Assembly: GCA_028864975.1 (NCBI GenBank)
Contig: JAGWLG010000018.1
Span: forward strand, 1-62,520
Origin: Thermoplasmata archaeon
Lineage (GTDB): Archaea > Thermoplasmatota > Thermoplasmata > Lutacidiplasmatales > UBA184
Length of the DNA: 62,520 bases
Direction: 5' to 3'
Shown in pieces: positions 1-7,291 of this stretch. The notes under the pieces were generated by a model. It worked only from the letters and a program-made list of their open reading frames with translations. It did no database searches and was not told where the DNA came from. Every line of letters starts with the position of its first letter. Positions within the stretch are counted from its first letter, which is position 1. The position numbers and the translations under genes are program-made.

Positions 1-584
1 GGCTCCGCCAGGAGCCGGTCGCAGAGCGCCAGGACGAACCGGCGGTTGTCGAACCGGTCCGGCCGGGTGATGATCTGGATGTCGAAGTCGAGCGCGTTCA
101 GAAAGCCCAGGAATCCCTGGATGTGCTCTTCGCGCTCCTCGGAGGAGAGGATGGCGAAGTTGACCCCCTTGACCTCCACGACGCGGACGTAGACGTCGTT
201 CGGTAGCAGGAGCGTGTCGTGGGTGAGGCCGGTCAACTGGACGTAGGCCTGGGCCGCCTCCCCCTCGAGCCTGGCCGGCCTCGCGCGGAACCGTTGGCGC
301 AGGGCCAGGTACTTCAGGAGCGGCAGGTCGGCCCGGCGGACGAACCCGAGGATGAGCCCCACCACGACCGCCCCGACGAAGGCGAGGATCCCCGTCGCGG
401 TCGCCCACACGGTGTGCGGAGCCAGGCCGTTGATGGAGTAGCCCAGGAGGGCGCCCAGGGAGGCGGAGCCCAGGAGGTAGCACCCCTGCTGGACCGTAAT
501 GGGGCCGATCCTTGTCGCCAGCGACCCGATGCGGGGCGGGAAGATCACCATCCCGTCCGTCGCGGTCTCCCCGTCCTCGCTCAT
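1..584 (-). CDS. PrgI/VirB3-like conjugation membrane protein with TraE/TrsD-like region (3' end outside window)
   Basis: Not in ORF track. Manual translation from ATG 584 (ATGA overlap with stop 581): MSEDGETATDGMVIFPPRIG..IGPITVQQGCYLLGS..2 TM helices..YVRVVEVKGVNFAILSSEEREEHIQGFLGFLNALDFDIQII; this pattern is typical of the gene preceding VirB4 in Gram-positive/archaeal T4SS. Confidence 0.7.
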   Translation of the reverse strand, partial: MSEDGETATDGMVIFPPRIGSLATRIGPITVQQGCYLLGSASLGALLGYSINGLAPHTVWATATGILAFVGAVVVGLILGFVRRADLPLLKYLALRQRFRARPARLEGEAAQAYVQLTGLTHDTLLLPNDVYVRVVEVKGVNFAILSSEEREEHIQGFLGFLNALDFDIQIITRPDRFDNRRFVLALCDRLLAE

Positions 585-1810
585 GCGCTCGCCCTCTTCC
601 TCATCTCATGGATGTACGCACTGTCGGCGCCGTACCAACCGCCGTGCGGGAGGACGAACCCCGACTTCGTGCGGTCGTTGAGGTCGATCTTGCCGGAGGC
701 CACCGCCTGGGCCGTGACCTTGGGGACCCCGCTCTTCTGGAGGGCCCGCGACCTCAGAGCGGTCCGTCCATGCCGGACGATCTTCTGGCCGGCCCACTTG
801 CTTCCGTGAATGAGGGAGATCGCGCCGATGGCCCCCATCCCGGAGACGCCGTGTCCGGCGGCGACCAGCCGCGCGGCCTGGCCGACCTTGCTGAGGACCC
901 CAACGGGTCCCTTGGCGGCCGCCGTCGCTCCCGAGATGGCCCCGCTCGACCCCTCAACGCCCGGGAGGCCCGAGCCGCCGCCCATGCTGCTCGCCCCCAG
1001 TACCCCGCCGAGGACGGCCTGCCCGACGCTGGAGACCGCCGACCCGCTCTCCGTCATGACCTTCGGCATGGCGGCCGCGAGGGCGAAGCTGCCGAGGACG
1101 AGCGCGATGTTCAGCGCGCCGTTCGAGGTCCCGTTCCCGTTGATGAAGAGGGACCCCAGGACCAGAACGATCCCGATGAAGACGTTGACGAAGGTCCACT
1201 CGAAGAACATCTTGATGATCTTCGTGCCGAAGGCCTGGGTGGTCGGGAAGGACCAGAGGAGGAAGGCCCAGGGGAGGATGGCCCCGGTGAAGAAGACCAT
1301 CAGGATGCGGACGCCCTGCTCGATGAGGAGGGTCACCAGCAGGATGATGGACATCAGGTAGAGGACCACGGCGAGGGGCCCCGACCCGCTGAACCAGTTG
1401 CTCCACCCCCCCGTCGAGAAGACGTTGAAGTTCCCCTGGGAGAGGATGGCCGTCGCGAGCTCGTTCGAGACGGAGATGCAGAAGTTGCCGATGAGCATCG
1501 TGGACGAGCCCAGGATGAGGGCATAGCCGAGCTTGATCCAGAGCTGCTTCAACTGGAACTTCTTCTCGGCCAGTGGGGAGAGAATGTACATCAGGCCGAT
1601 ACCGGCGATGGCGATGCCGAGTGCCCCGAGGAAGACGGCGTAGGTGATGCTCCAGACGGCGGCCACCGCGGGGTTGGAGAGGCTGGGGGTGGTCTGGACG
1701 GCCGAGACGCACCACTGGAGGAGCTGGTCCGACAGCGCGGCGAAGGGCGAGGAGATGGCGCCCCAGAGGCTGTTCCAGATCAGGTTCGCGAGGTCCTGCT
1801 CCCAGCTCAT
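581..1810 (-). CDS. VirB6/TrbL-like polytopic conjugation channel protein
   Basis: 409 aa, about 6-7 hydrophobic helices, 'VRILMVFFTGAILPWAFLLWSFPTTQAFGTKIIKMFFEW' core and Gly/Ala-rich basic C-tail as in VirB6/TrbL; coupled to neighbours. Confidence 0.75.
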   Translation of the reverse strand: MSWEQDLANLIWNSLWGAISSPFAALSDQLLQWCVSAVQTTPSLSNPAVAAVWSITYAVFLGALGIAIAGIGLMYILSPLAEKKFQLKQLWIKLGYALILGSSTMLIGNFCISVSNELATAILSQGNFNVFSTGGWSNWFSGSGPLAVVLYLMSIILLVTLLIEQGVRILMVFFTGAILPWAFLLWSFPTTQAFGTKIIKMFFEWTFVNVFIGIVLVLGSLFINGNGTSNGALNIALVLGSFALAAAMPKVMTESGSAVSSVGQAVLGGVLGASSMGGGSGLPGVEGSSGAISGATAAAKGPVGVLSKVGQAARLVAAGHGVSGMGAIGAISLIHGSKWAGQKIVRHGRTALRSRALQKSGVPKVTAQAVASGKIDLNDRTKSGFVLPHGGWYGADSAYIHEMRKRASA

Positions 1811-2394
1811 GGCCCCTCTTCCTCCCCGTGGTCGCCCACGATCTTGCGGAGGCCGGCGACGAGCAACAGCGTGAACGCGAGGAACAGCCCGACCCCGACG
1901 AGCTGGAGGAAGAGGGGAAAGGCCGGAGGGGGAGGAGAGAGCGAGCCGTTGCCGCTGGGAGGGGGCGGGATGGAGGGGGACGAGTTCGTCCAGACCAGGT
2001 CGATCGCGATGCTGGACTGAGAGGAGACGTTGTCGACCTCGACCTGGGCCTCGGTCGCACCTGGGAGCCCGCTCAGGGGGTGCCCCAGAACCAGGACGGT
2101 GCTGACGTTGGTCAGGTTCATCCCGGCGAAGTCGGAGTAGGTGTAGTTCGCTCCGTTGGAGACGGAGAAGTTCTCGACGGGCTCGAGGTCCGTCTCGTTG
2201 AGGAACAGGAAGTCGGCGACCGCCTGGGAGACCGGGACGGTCGAGTTCGAGGAGGAGTTGTGGAAGGAGAGGAAGACCTGGAAGGTCGGACCGTCAGCGG
2301 CGAACGCGGGGTGGGGAAGGAGGGGGGAGGCGGAGGATGCAGGGAGGAGAGGGAGGGCGAGGCACAGGGCGAGGGTGGCAGCGAGAGTGGCCAC
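1807..2394 (-). CDS. Secreted, C-terminally membrane-anchored protein of the transfer operon
   Basis: C-terminal part of ORF 1807..3180; GTG 2394 gives signal peptide (VATLAATLALCLALPLLPASSA), N/S/T-rich domain, Pro linker, TM helix; stop overlaps ATG 1810. Confidence 0.65.
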   Translation of the reverse strand: MATLAATLALCLALPLLPASSASPLLPHPAFAADGPTFQVFLSFHNSSSNSTVPVSQAVADFLFLNETDLEPVENFSVSNGANYTYSDFAGMNLTNVSTVLVLGHPLSGLPGATEAQVEVDNVSSQSSIAIDLVWTNSSPSIPPPPSGNGSLSPPPPAFPLFLQLVGVGLFLAFTLLLVAGLRKIVGDHGEEEGP

Positions 2395-2538
2395 GCATCG
2401 GTTGCGGAGCCTTCGGAGGTTCGACCGCCTCGCGGGGCTCAAGAGTGGGAGCGGGCCAGGATCGGTGACCTGTCCTGGAACCAAAGTATTTCTGGAGTCC
2501 GCGGCTCGCAGCGTTGACCCGCGGACGGTGGAGGAGGA

Positions 2539-2799
2539 ATGGGCATGCGGACCTGGGGCTCCTGGATCGTGGCGGTGGCACTGGCGGGTCTCGGTTTCGC
2601 CTTCTCCTGGCTCGCTTGGAAGAGCATCCCCTGCCAGACCGACCCTATGCTCAACTACCCGGGATGCTTCGACCGCTACACCGCCCTTGAGAACACGTCC
2701 GCCCAGCTCTTGTGGGCAGGGTCGATCCTCTTGATCTTGGTCACCACCCTCCGACACAGATTCTGGGTCCAACCCCGAACCCCGAACCCCGCATCGTAG
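2539..2799 (+). CDS. Small two-TM membrane protein (antisense to the operon)
   Basis: 86 aa, two hydrophobic segments around a Cys-Cys loop; AT-rich AAGTATTT about 50 nt upstream. Confidence 0.55.
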   Translation: MGMRTWGSWIVAVALAGLGFAFSWLAWKSIPCQTDPMLNYPGCFDRYTALENTSAQLLWAGSILLILVTTLRHRFWVQPRTPNPAS

Positions 2800-3180
2800 A
2801 TCGGGAACCTCGTGGTCGGCGGGCAACGCCACGAACGGCTTGCGCCGCCGTGGGATGCCCGCCGGAATGGGTTGTGGTCGCGGGGGGGTTGTGGGGCCCC
2901 CGGTGCGAGGGCCCCCGCGCTCCGCCGGATCCCTGGTCCACGGTGGGCGGACCGGCTCGGCGCGCCCCTCGTCGTCGTCGGGGGTGGCCCGGTGCAACGA
3001 AGCGAGGAGAGGAAGGGAGGCGAGCCCCGATCCGGAGGGGGAATCAGGCGGGGGCGGCCCCCGTGGCAGCCACCGGTCGAGCCCAGGGCTCCGTGTCCAC
3101 TTGCAGGTCAGGCAGGCTGTGACCTTCCCATCCTGGTTCTCGAGGGTGTGGACCCCCCCGCAGCGGGGGCAGGAGTTCAT
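2796..3180 (-). CDS. Zn-ribbon protein (CPRC..CLTC); true 3' end uncertain
   Basis: N-terminus of ORF 1807..3180 (MNSCPRCGG..ACLTCKW); ATG overlaps stop at 3177; remainder is Pro-rich low complexity. End coordinate is approximate. Confidence 0.35.
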
Positions 3181-3470
3181 GCGGCCCCCTGGAGGATCGC
3201 CTGGTCGGACCCAGGGGAAGAGAGGTTTTCGTCCGCGACGGATCGTGGGGTGCTACTGTCCCTCACCTTTCGGAGCTGACTCGCTCGCCGGGGCCGCGTC
3301 TGGGCACGCCTTACGATGGGCCACTTGCCCTTGATGGGGTCGAATCGCGGCCTCCGGGACTTCGGCAGATCGGGGTGCACCTCGTCCACGGTCGCGAAGT
3401 GCTCGGCCCAGGAGCCCAACCAAGTCACGCAGAAGCGAACGATCTCCTCGTCCCGCGAGCGCCTCGCCAT
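3177..3470 (-). CDS. Hypothetical protein (could extend upstream to GTG 4247)
   Basis: MARRSRDEEIVRFCVTWLGSWAEHF.. looks globular; the upstream in-frame part (3471-4247) is low complexity and overlaps the promoter/hairpin array. Confidence 0.45.
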   Translation of the reverse strand: MARRSRDEEIVRFCVTWLGSWAEHFATVDEVHPDLPKSRRPRFDPIKGKWPIVRRAQTRPRRASQLRKVRDSSTPRSVADENLSSPGSDQAILQGAA

Positions 3471-3567
3471 GGACGGCGAGGAAGGGGTAGGGCTGACCGT
3501 GGGGTCGAGGTTGTCGGGTGACCCGTAGGAGCCCCCGGTCCGGCCCTCGGCGACCTGGCTGACGGAG

Positions 3568-4194
3568 CCCTTATCTCCGGTGAGAGTCTTCTCTCCTTGG
3601 CGAGTGGGGGCAGGGCCTGCACCCGGTCTTACCGGGAGTCCGGTAGCCCCCCGCTCGTCCCCTACAGCCGGTCGAGGTCCACTCCTGTCAGGCGACGGGG
3701 CCGTGGAGGGCCCGGGGCCTGCGGAGCTGGGCGGGGTAGCATACCTCCACTCGACCCCGAGGCGCGTCGCGTCGCTGGAGGGATCCGTCTCTGGGACCAG
3801 CGGATCGGCGGCTCTCCCCGCATCCTTATCTCCGGCGCCAGCTTCCTCTTTGTGGCGGAAGAAGGGCGGGGAGGGCCCGGCAAGGCACGGCTTGGTAGCC
3901 GCCTCCCCGCCTTGGTCCGTATCCACCCTGACCGTGTCCACGAGGAGGTCTTCGACCAGGGGTCCGCGGGAGGCACCCACTCCTCCCCGCTGGTTCGCCC
4001 CGGGCAACGAAGCTTCGGAAGATCGACCGACGACCGGAAAGCCGTGGCCGCTAGACGGACCCTCGACGCAGCCCTTATCTCCGGGTCGGACCTTCCCCCC
4101 CTGGCGGCCGGGGGAGAGGCCTGCGAACTTCGCCCCGACCGCCCCCGCTTGGAGGGGGGGACGGGCAGGAACGCGAACGAGGTCCTGCCCGTCC
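3568..4194 (+). repeat. Three-unit array: CCTTATCTCCGG-N-CTTC(Y)n-TGGCG followed by GC-rich stem-loops
   Basis: CCTTATCTCCGG at 3569, 3824, 4073; TTATCT-to-TGGCG distance is 27 nt in all three; stems 3600-3611/3646-3658, 3865-3874/3902-3911, 4104-4113/4133-4142. Confidence 0.8.
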
Positions 4195-4243
4195 GAGTCC
4201 ACGGGAAGGGCGTGCCTCGGAGGGAAAGCGCGGGGAGCGGCGT

Positions 4244-4861
4244 TCACGCCCCCTCCGTTGCCGCCCGTGCGCGCCCACGCTCCGGGATCCCCAAGCTCTC
4301 GCGTAGCGCCTTGACGGCGCGGACCTTCGTGTCGAGGTCCTGAGCCAGGAGCAGGTTCACCCGGGCGAGGAGGTCCTCGTCCGACTCCCCCTCGCGAGCG
4401 TGGGTCGCGAGCGCCGAGCGGCAAGAGGCGAGCGAGAGGGACCCGGAGACCCACGTGCGGCCCTGGTGAGGCGTGGGAGCGACGCCTTCGGTCTCGTGCG
4501 GTTCCTCTTCCTCTCCTCCCGAGGAGGATGCGACAGGACTCGGCGGGGGCGAGGGAGCCACGCAGGGTCTCGAGGAGGTCGGGGTCGGGGCGGGCGGCCT
4601 GGGAGGAGGGGAGGTCCTCGTCGGGCTCGGCGCGGGTCGGCCCGTTCCTCCGTTCGTGCCGTTCGAGGGGGACGGGCGCACCGCGGTCCTACTCCCGCCC
4701 CACGTCCCGGCGTCCGGGCTGTGTTCGGGGATCCACGCCTTACGGGGCCGCGCCTCCAGGTCGACAACGACCTTCACCTCGGGGCCCGCAGGGATCTCGG
4801 CCCCGCACCCGTCGGCACATTTCGCGGGCCAGCGCTGGCCCGTGAGGGTCCGCAGCCTCAT
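4244..4861 (-). CDS. Protein with one copy of an unrecognised C-x3-C..H domain, Pro-rich linker and short helical C-terminus
   Basis: MRLRTLTGQRWPAKCADGCGAEIP..VVVD..PRKAWIPEHSP; paralogous to 4858..5379; ATGA-coupled. Confidence 0.65.
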   Translation of the reverse strand: MRLRTLTGQRWPAKCADGCGAEIPAGPEVKVVVDLEARPRKAWIPEHSPDAGTWGGSRTAVRPSPSNGTNGGTGRPAPSPTRTSPPPRPPAPTPTSSRPCVAPSPPPSPVASSSGGEEEEPHETEGVAPTPHQGRTWVSGSLSLASCRSALATHAREGESDEDLLARVNLLLAQDLDTKVRAVKALRESLGIPERGRARAATEGA

Positions 4862-5379
4862 GCGGCCTCCGGCGGGAGGGCAGAGCGCTGCGGTGCCGCG
4901 GTGCCCATCGCCCGAGCCCGGTCGGCCTCGGGGCTGTGCTCCGGGAAGTAGACCCGGCGGGGCCTCGACCCCATCTCCACGACCAGCGAGACGCCCAGCC
5001 CTGCGGGGATGATGGTCTCACACCCGCACGCGCACTTGGAAGGCCATCGCTGACCCTCGACCGTCATGAAGTGGGGGCGCCGCGCGCTCGCCGAGTTCGG
5101 AGAGGTCGAGGAGGCTGGGATGGGTCGGGCCGCAGCTCCAGGATCGACGGGCTGCGAGGAGGGCCCCGTGGGGGGCGAGGGTGGGGTCGGTGCGGGGGTC
5201 AGGGCCCCCGCGTCGTTCCCGTCGGTAGTCGCCGGAGCGTGCTCGGGCAACCACGTCTTGCGTGGATGCGCGTCGACATCGACGACCACCTTCGCGTCGG
5301 GGGAGGGCTCGATGCGGCGCCCGCACCCGCAGGCGCACATGGCCGGCCATCGGGTCCCCGTGAAGGTGCGGAGCCTCAT
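4858..5379 (-). CDS. Protein with two copies of the same C-x3-C..H domain
   Basis: TFTGTRWPAMCACGCGRRI..VVVD..PRKTWLPEHAP and TVEGQRWPSKCACGCETII..LVVE..PRRVYFPEHSP. Confidence 0.7.
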   Translation of the reverse strand: MRLRTFTGTRWPAMCACGCGRRIEPSPDAKVVVDVDAHPRKTWLPEHAPATTDGNDAGALTPAPTPPSPPTGPSSQPVDPGAAARPIPASSTSPNSASARRPHFMTVEGQRWPSKCACGCETIIPAGLGVSLVVEMGSRPRRVYFPEHSPEADRARAMGTAAPQRSALPPEAA

Positions 5380-5744
5380 GCGGCACCTCCCGAAGGGACG
5401 GCGCGGGCCGGGGCGGCGACCTCGGTGGAGGTGGCCGCGTGGGCGAGGCTCGCCGAGGTCGGGACCCGTTGGGGGAGGGAGGTGGTGCCCTCAGGAGTGG
5501 CCGGCAGGGGGGCTTCACCGGGAGTGCACCGAAAGTACCGGGCCGGGGCGCCGTCGTACCCGACGGCGTGGAGCATCTCGGTCACCCGATCGTAGAAGAC
5601 GACGAGCTCGAGGTCGAGGCCCTCGCGGCGCAGGAGCGCCTGCACCTCGTCGGCGACGCGGTCGACCCACGAGTCGTCCTCGGTCGTCCGTTCGGCGCGC
5701 TTCGAGCGGAAGCGGGGGGAGGAAGGGGAGCACATCTTCCCCAC
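5376..5744 (-). CDS. Hypothetical protein
   Basis: 122 aa; GTG start abuts the pilin stop, stop overlaps next ATG; globular core SWVDRVADEVQALLRREGLDLELVVFYD. Confidence 0.55.
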   Translation of the reverse strand: MGKMCSPSSPRFRSKRAERTTEDDSWVDRVADEVQALLRREGLDLELVVFYDRVTEMLHAVGYDGAPARYFRCTPGEAPLPATPEGTTSLPQRVPTSASLAHAATSTEVAAPARAVPSGGAA

Positions 5745-5745
5745 C

Positions 5746-6234
5746 TCACCCGACGATGAGGCCCTGGGCGACGGAGACCAGGACCACGGACATCAGGACG
5801 ATGACGAGGCCGACGACGATGCTGTAGAACTGCCGGTTGCGAGTGGCCTTCTTGTTGGGGTCCATATCCTCCAGGGAGCCCAGCATGTGCTGGATGCCGT
5901 AGATGGCGAAGGCGATCCCCGCGAGGAGGATCGCGACGCCGATCAGGAAGTACTGGATGTTGGAGAGCGTCGCGGCGAGGTCGCAGGTCGCGTTCTGGCA
6001 GTTCGCTCCGGCCGTCGCGTGAACGACGGAGTGGGGGGTCTCCCCCACCACGGGGACCGGCTCGGCCTGGGCCGGCGCGACCAGCAAGGACGACATCGCG
6101 AGCAGGGCCGCGAGGGCGACCGTCCAGAGGTCCAGGCGGGGCCAGCGACCTCGTGCACGGGGGTGGGCGTGTTCGGCGTCAGGGGGGGCTCGGCGGCTCG
6201 TCTCTCGAGGAGAGGCTTGCATGGATGCCCCCAT
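5746..6234 (-). CDS. TrbC/VirB2-like conjugative pilin precursor
   Basis: Signal peptide ending AQA, then two hydrophobic helices separated by a charged loop (YFLIGVAILLAGIAFAIYGIQHMLG..KKATRNRQFYSIVVGLVIVL); first gene of the operon. Start ATG 6234 or 6222. Confidence 0.7.
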   Translation of the reverse strand: MGASMQASPRETSRRAPPDAEHAHPRARGRWPRLDLWTVALAALLAMSSLLVAPAQAEPVPVVGETPHSVVHATAGANCQNATCDLAATLSNIQYFLIGVAILLAGIAFAIYGIQHMLGSLEDMDPNKKATRNRQFYSIVVGLVIVLMSVVLVSVAQGLIVG

Positions 6235-6248
6235 ACTGCCCACGTATA

Positions 6249-6260
6249 TGATAATTATCA
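6249..6260. promoter_or_regulatory. Palindromic bidirectional TATA element TGATAATTATCA
   Basis: Perfect 12-bp palindrome giving TTATCA on both strands, between the divergent pilin operon and the AbrB-like gene. Confidence 0.6.
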
Positions 6261-6302
6261 CGCCATAGACACAGCGCACGCCCCGCTTACCACTAACGCC
6301 TT

Positions 6303-6929
6303 ATGTACCCCCAACCCCTCCCTTCTTCCGTGCCCTCCTCAAGCGACCCCGAGGCCTGGGTCGTGTTCAAGACCGGCCACCCGAGCTACGGGACGACGAT
6401 CCTTCCTCTCGAGCTGGCCGAGGCCCTGGGTCTTCCCCCGGTCCAGCCCAAGGGAGAGCGGCCGGACCCGAGCCGCAGGTCGGTCGCGTTCCTGGACCGG
6501 GGGGACGGCCGTCTGCGCGTCATCAGCGTCTCACGTTCTCCGATGGTCCTGGCCGCCGCCATCTCGCAGAGCAAGGTCGTGTCGCAGATCGGTCTCTCGG
6601 ACAAGCTCTACTTCAACCTCCCCGCGGCGGTCGAGTCCTTCCTCTCCCTGAAGGGGTTCCGCGACCCCGAGAACCATAACCGGGTGACCGACGAGGTCCT
6701 GGCATGGCTGATGCCGGCGGAGGAGTACTACACCTTCCGCGAGGCCAAGAGGGAGGAAAAGCCGCCCTTGGCGAGCCTGGGTGGCCCGGCCCACGTCTAC
6801 CTCATGAAATCCCACTTCCCGGGGCTCCTCCCGCCGCTCAAGGCCTTGGAGGAGGGCGAGGAAGAGGTCGCGCCGCGGCCCGTCGCCCCGCTCGCGGTCT
6901 CTCGCCCTGCTAGGAAGGTCCGGGCGTAG
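6303..6929 (+). CDS. Putative AbrB/MraZ-like (duplicated swapped-hairpin) transcription regulator
   Basis: Two AbrB-like segments (YGTTILPLELAEALGL; KLYFNLPAAVESFLSL); divergent from the transfer operon. Confidence 0.5.
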   Translation: MYPQPLPSSVPSSSDPEAWVVFKTGHPSYGTTILPLELAEALGLPPVQPKGERPDPSRRSVAFLDRGDGRLRVISVSRSPMVLAAAISQSKVVSQIGLSDKLYFNLPAAVESFLSLKGFRDPENHNRVTDEVLAWLMPAEEYYTFREAKREEKPPLASLGGPAHVYLMKSHFPGLLPPLKALEEGEEEVAPRPVAPLAVSRPARKVRA

Positions 6930-6979
6930 AGGAAGGGCCGAGAAGGCCTGCGTGCCTGCCTCGTGAGGCAGTGAAGAGT

Positions 6980-7267
6980 TCAGGACGCCGCGGTAGGCCT
7001 GCGACCCGATTGCGCGGGGCGGTCCCTGACGAGAAGGCAGACGCCTGTGGCTATCAGCGCCGCGCCTGCGATGAGAGAGACGATCTCTCCCCACCCATAG
7101 TAGGTTGGGCAGGAGGACGTGAGGCAAGCTGACTGTCCATTGCATGGCGGTGGACGTGGACATGGCCCATAGCCGGGGTCGAAGGAGAAGCTCAGTGCGA
7201 GCGCGAGGAAGACCACGAGGGCCACCGCCCCCAGGGTGAACAGGACCCGTTCACGCGCTCTTCGCAT
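6980..7267 (-). CDS. Small two-TM protein with Cys-rich external loop
   Basis: 95 aa, TM - CPRPPPCNGQSACLTSSC - TM. Confidence 0.55.
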   Translation of the reverse strand: MRRARERVLFTLGAVALVVFLALALSFSFDPGYGPCPRPPPCNGQSACLTSSCPTYYGWGEIVSLIAGAALIATGVCLLVRDRPAQSGRRPTAAS

Positions 7268-7291
7268 GACTGACCACCCTCCAGGGCCCCC

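Noticed and set aside
219-2060. Long + strand and alternative-frame ORFs (219..809, 512..2020, 954..2060)
   Set aside because: Antisense or frame shadows of the VirB6-like and PrgI-like genes; R/G/P-rich composition typical of GC-rich non-coding frames.
3568-4194. CRISPR mini-array or H/ACA guide interpretation of the three-unit array
   Set aside because: Spacing of about 250 nt and a 12-nt identical core do not fit CRISPR and no cas genes are present; no K-turn (C/D-like) motif is evident for H/ACA RNAs, although one ACA follows the first stem.
3471-4247. N-terminal 260 aa of ORF 3177..4454 as a confident protein
   Set aside because: Low-complexity, no recognisable domain, and its only repeats coincide with the promoter/hairpin units; kept as an open alternative because GTG 4247 is coupled to the upstream stop.
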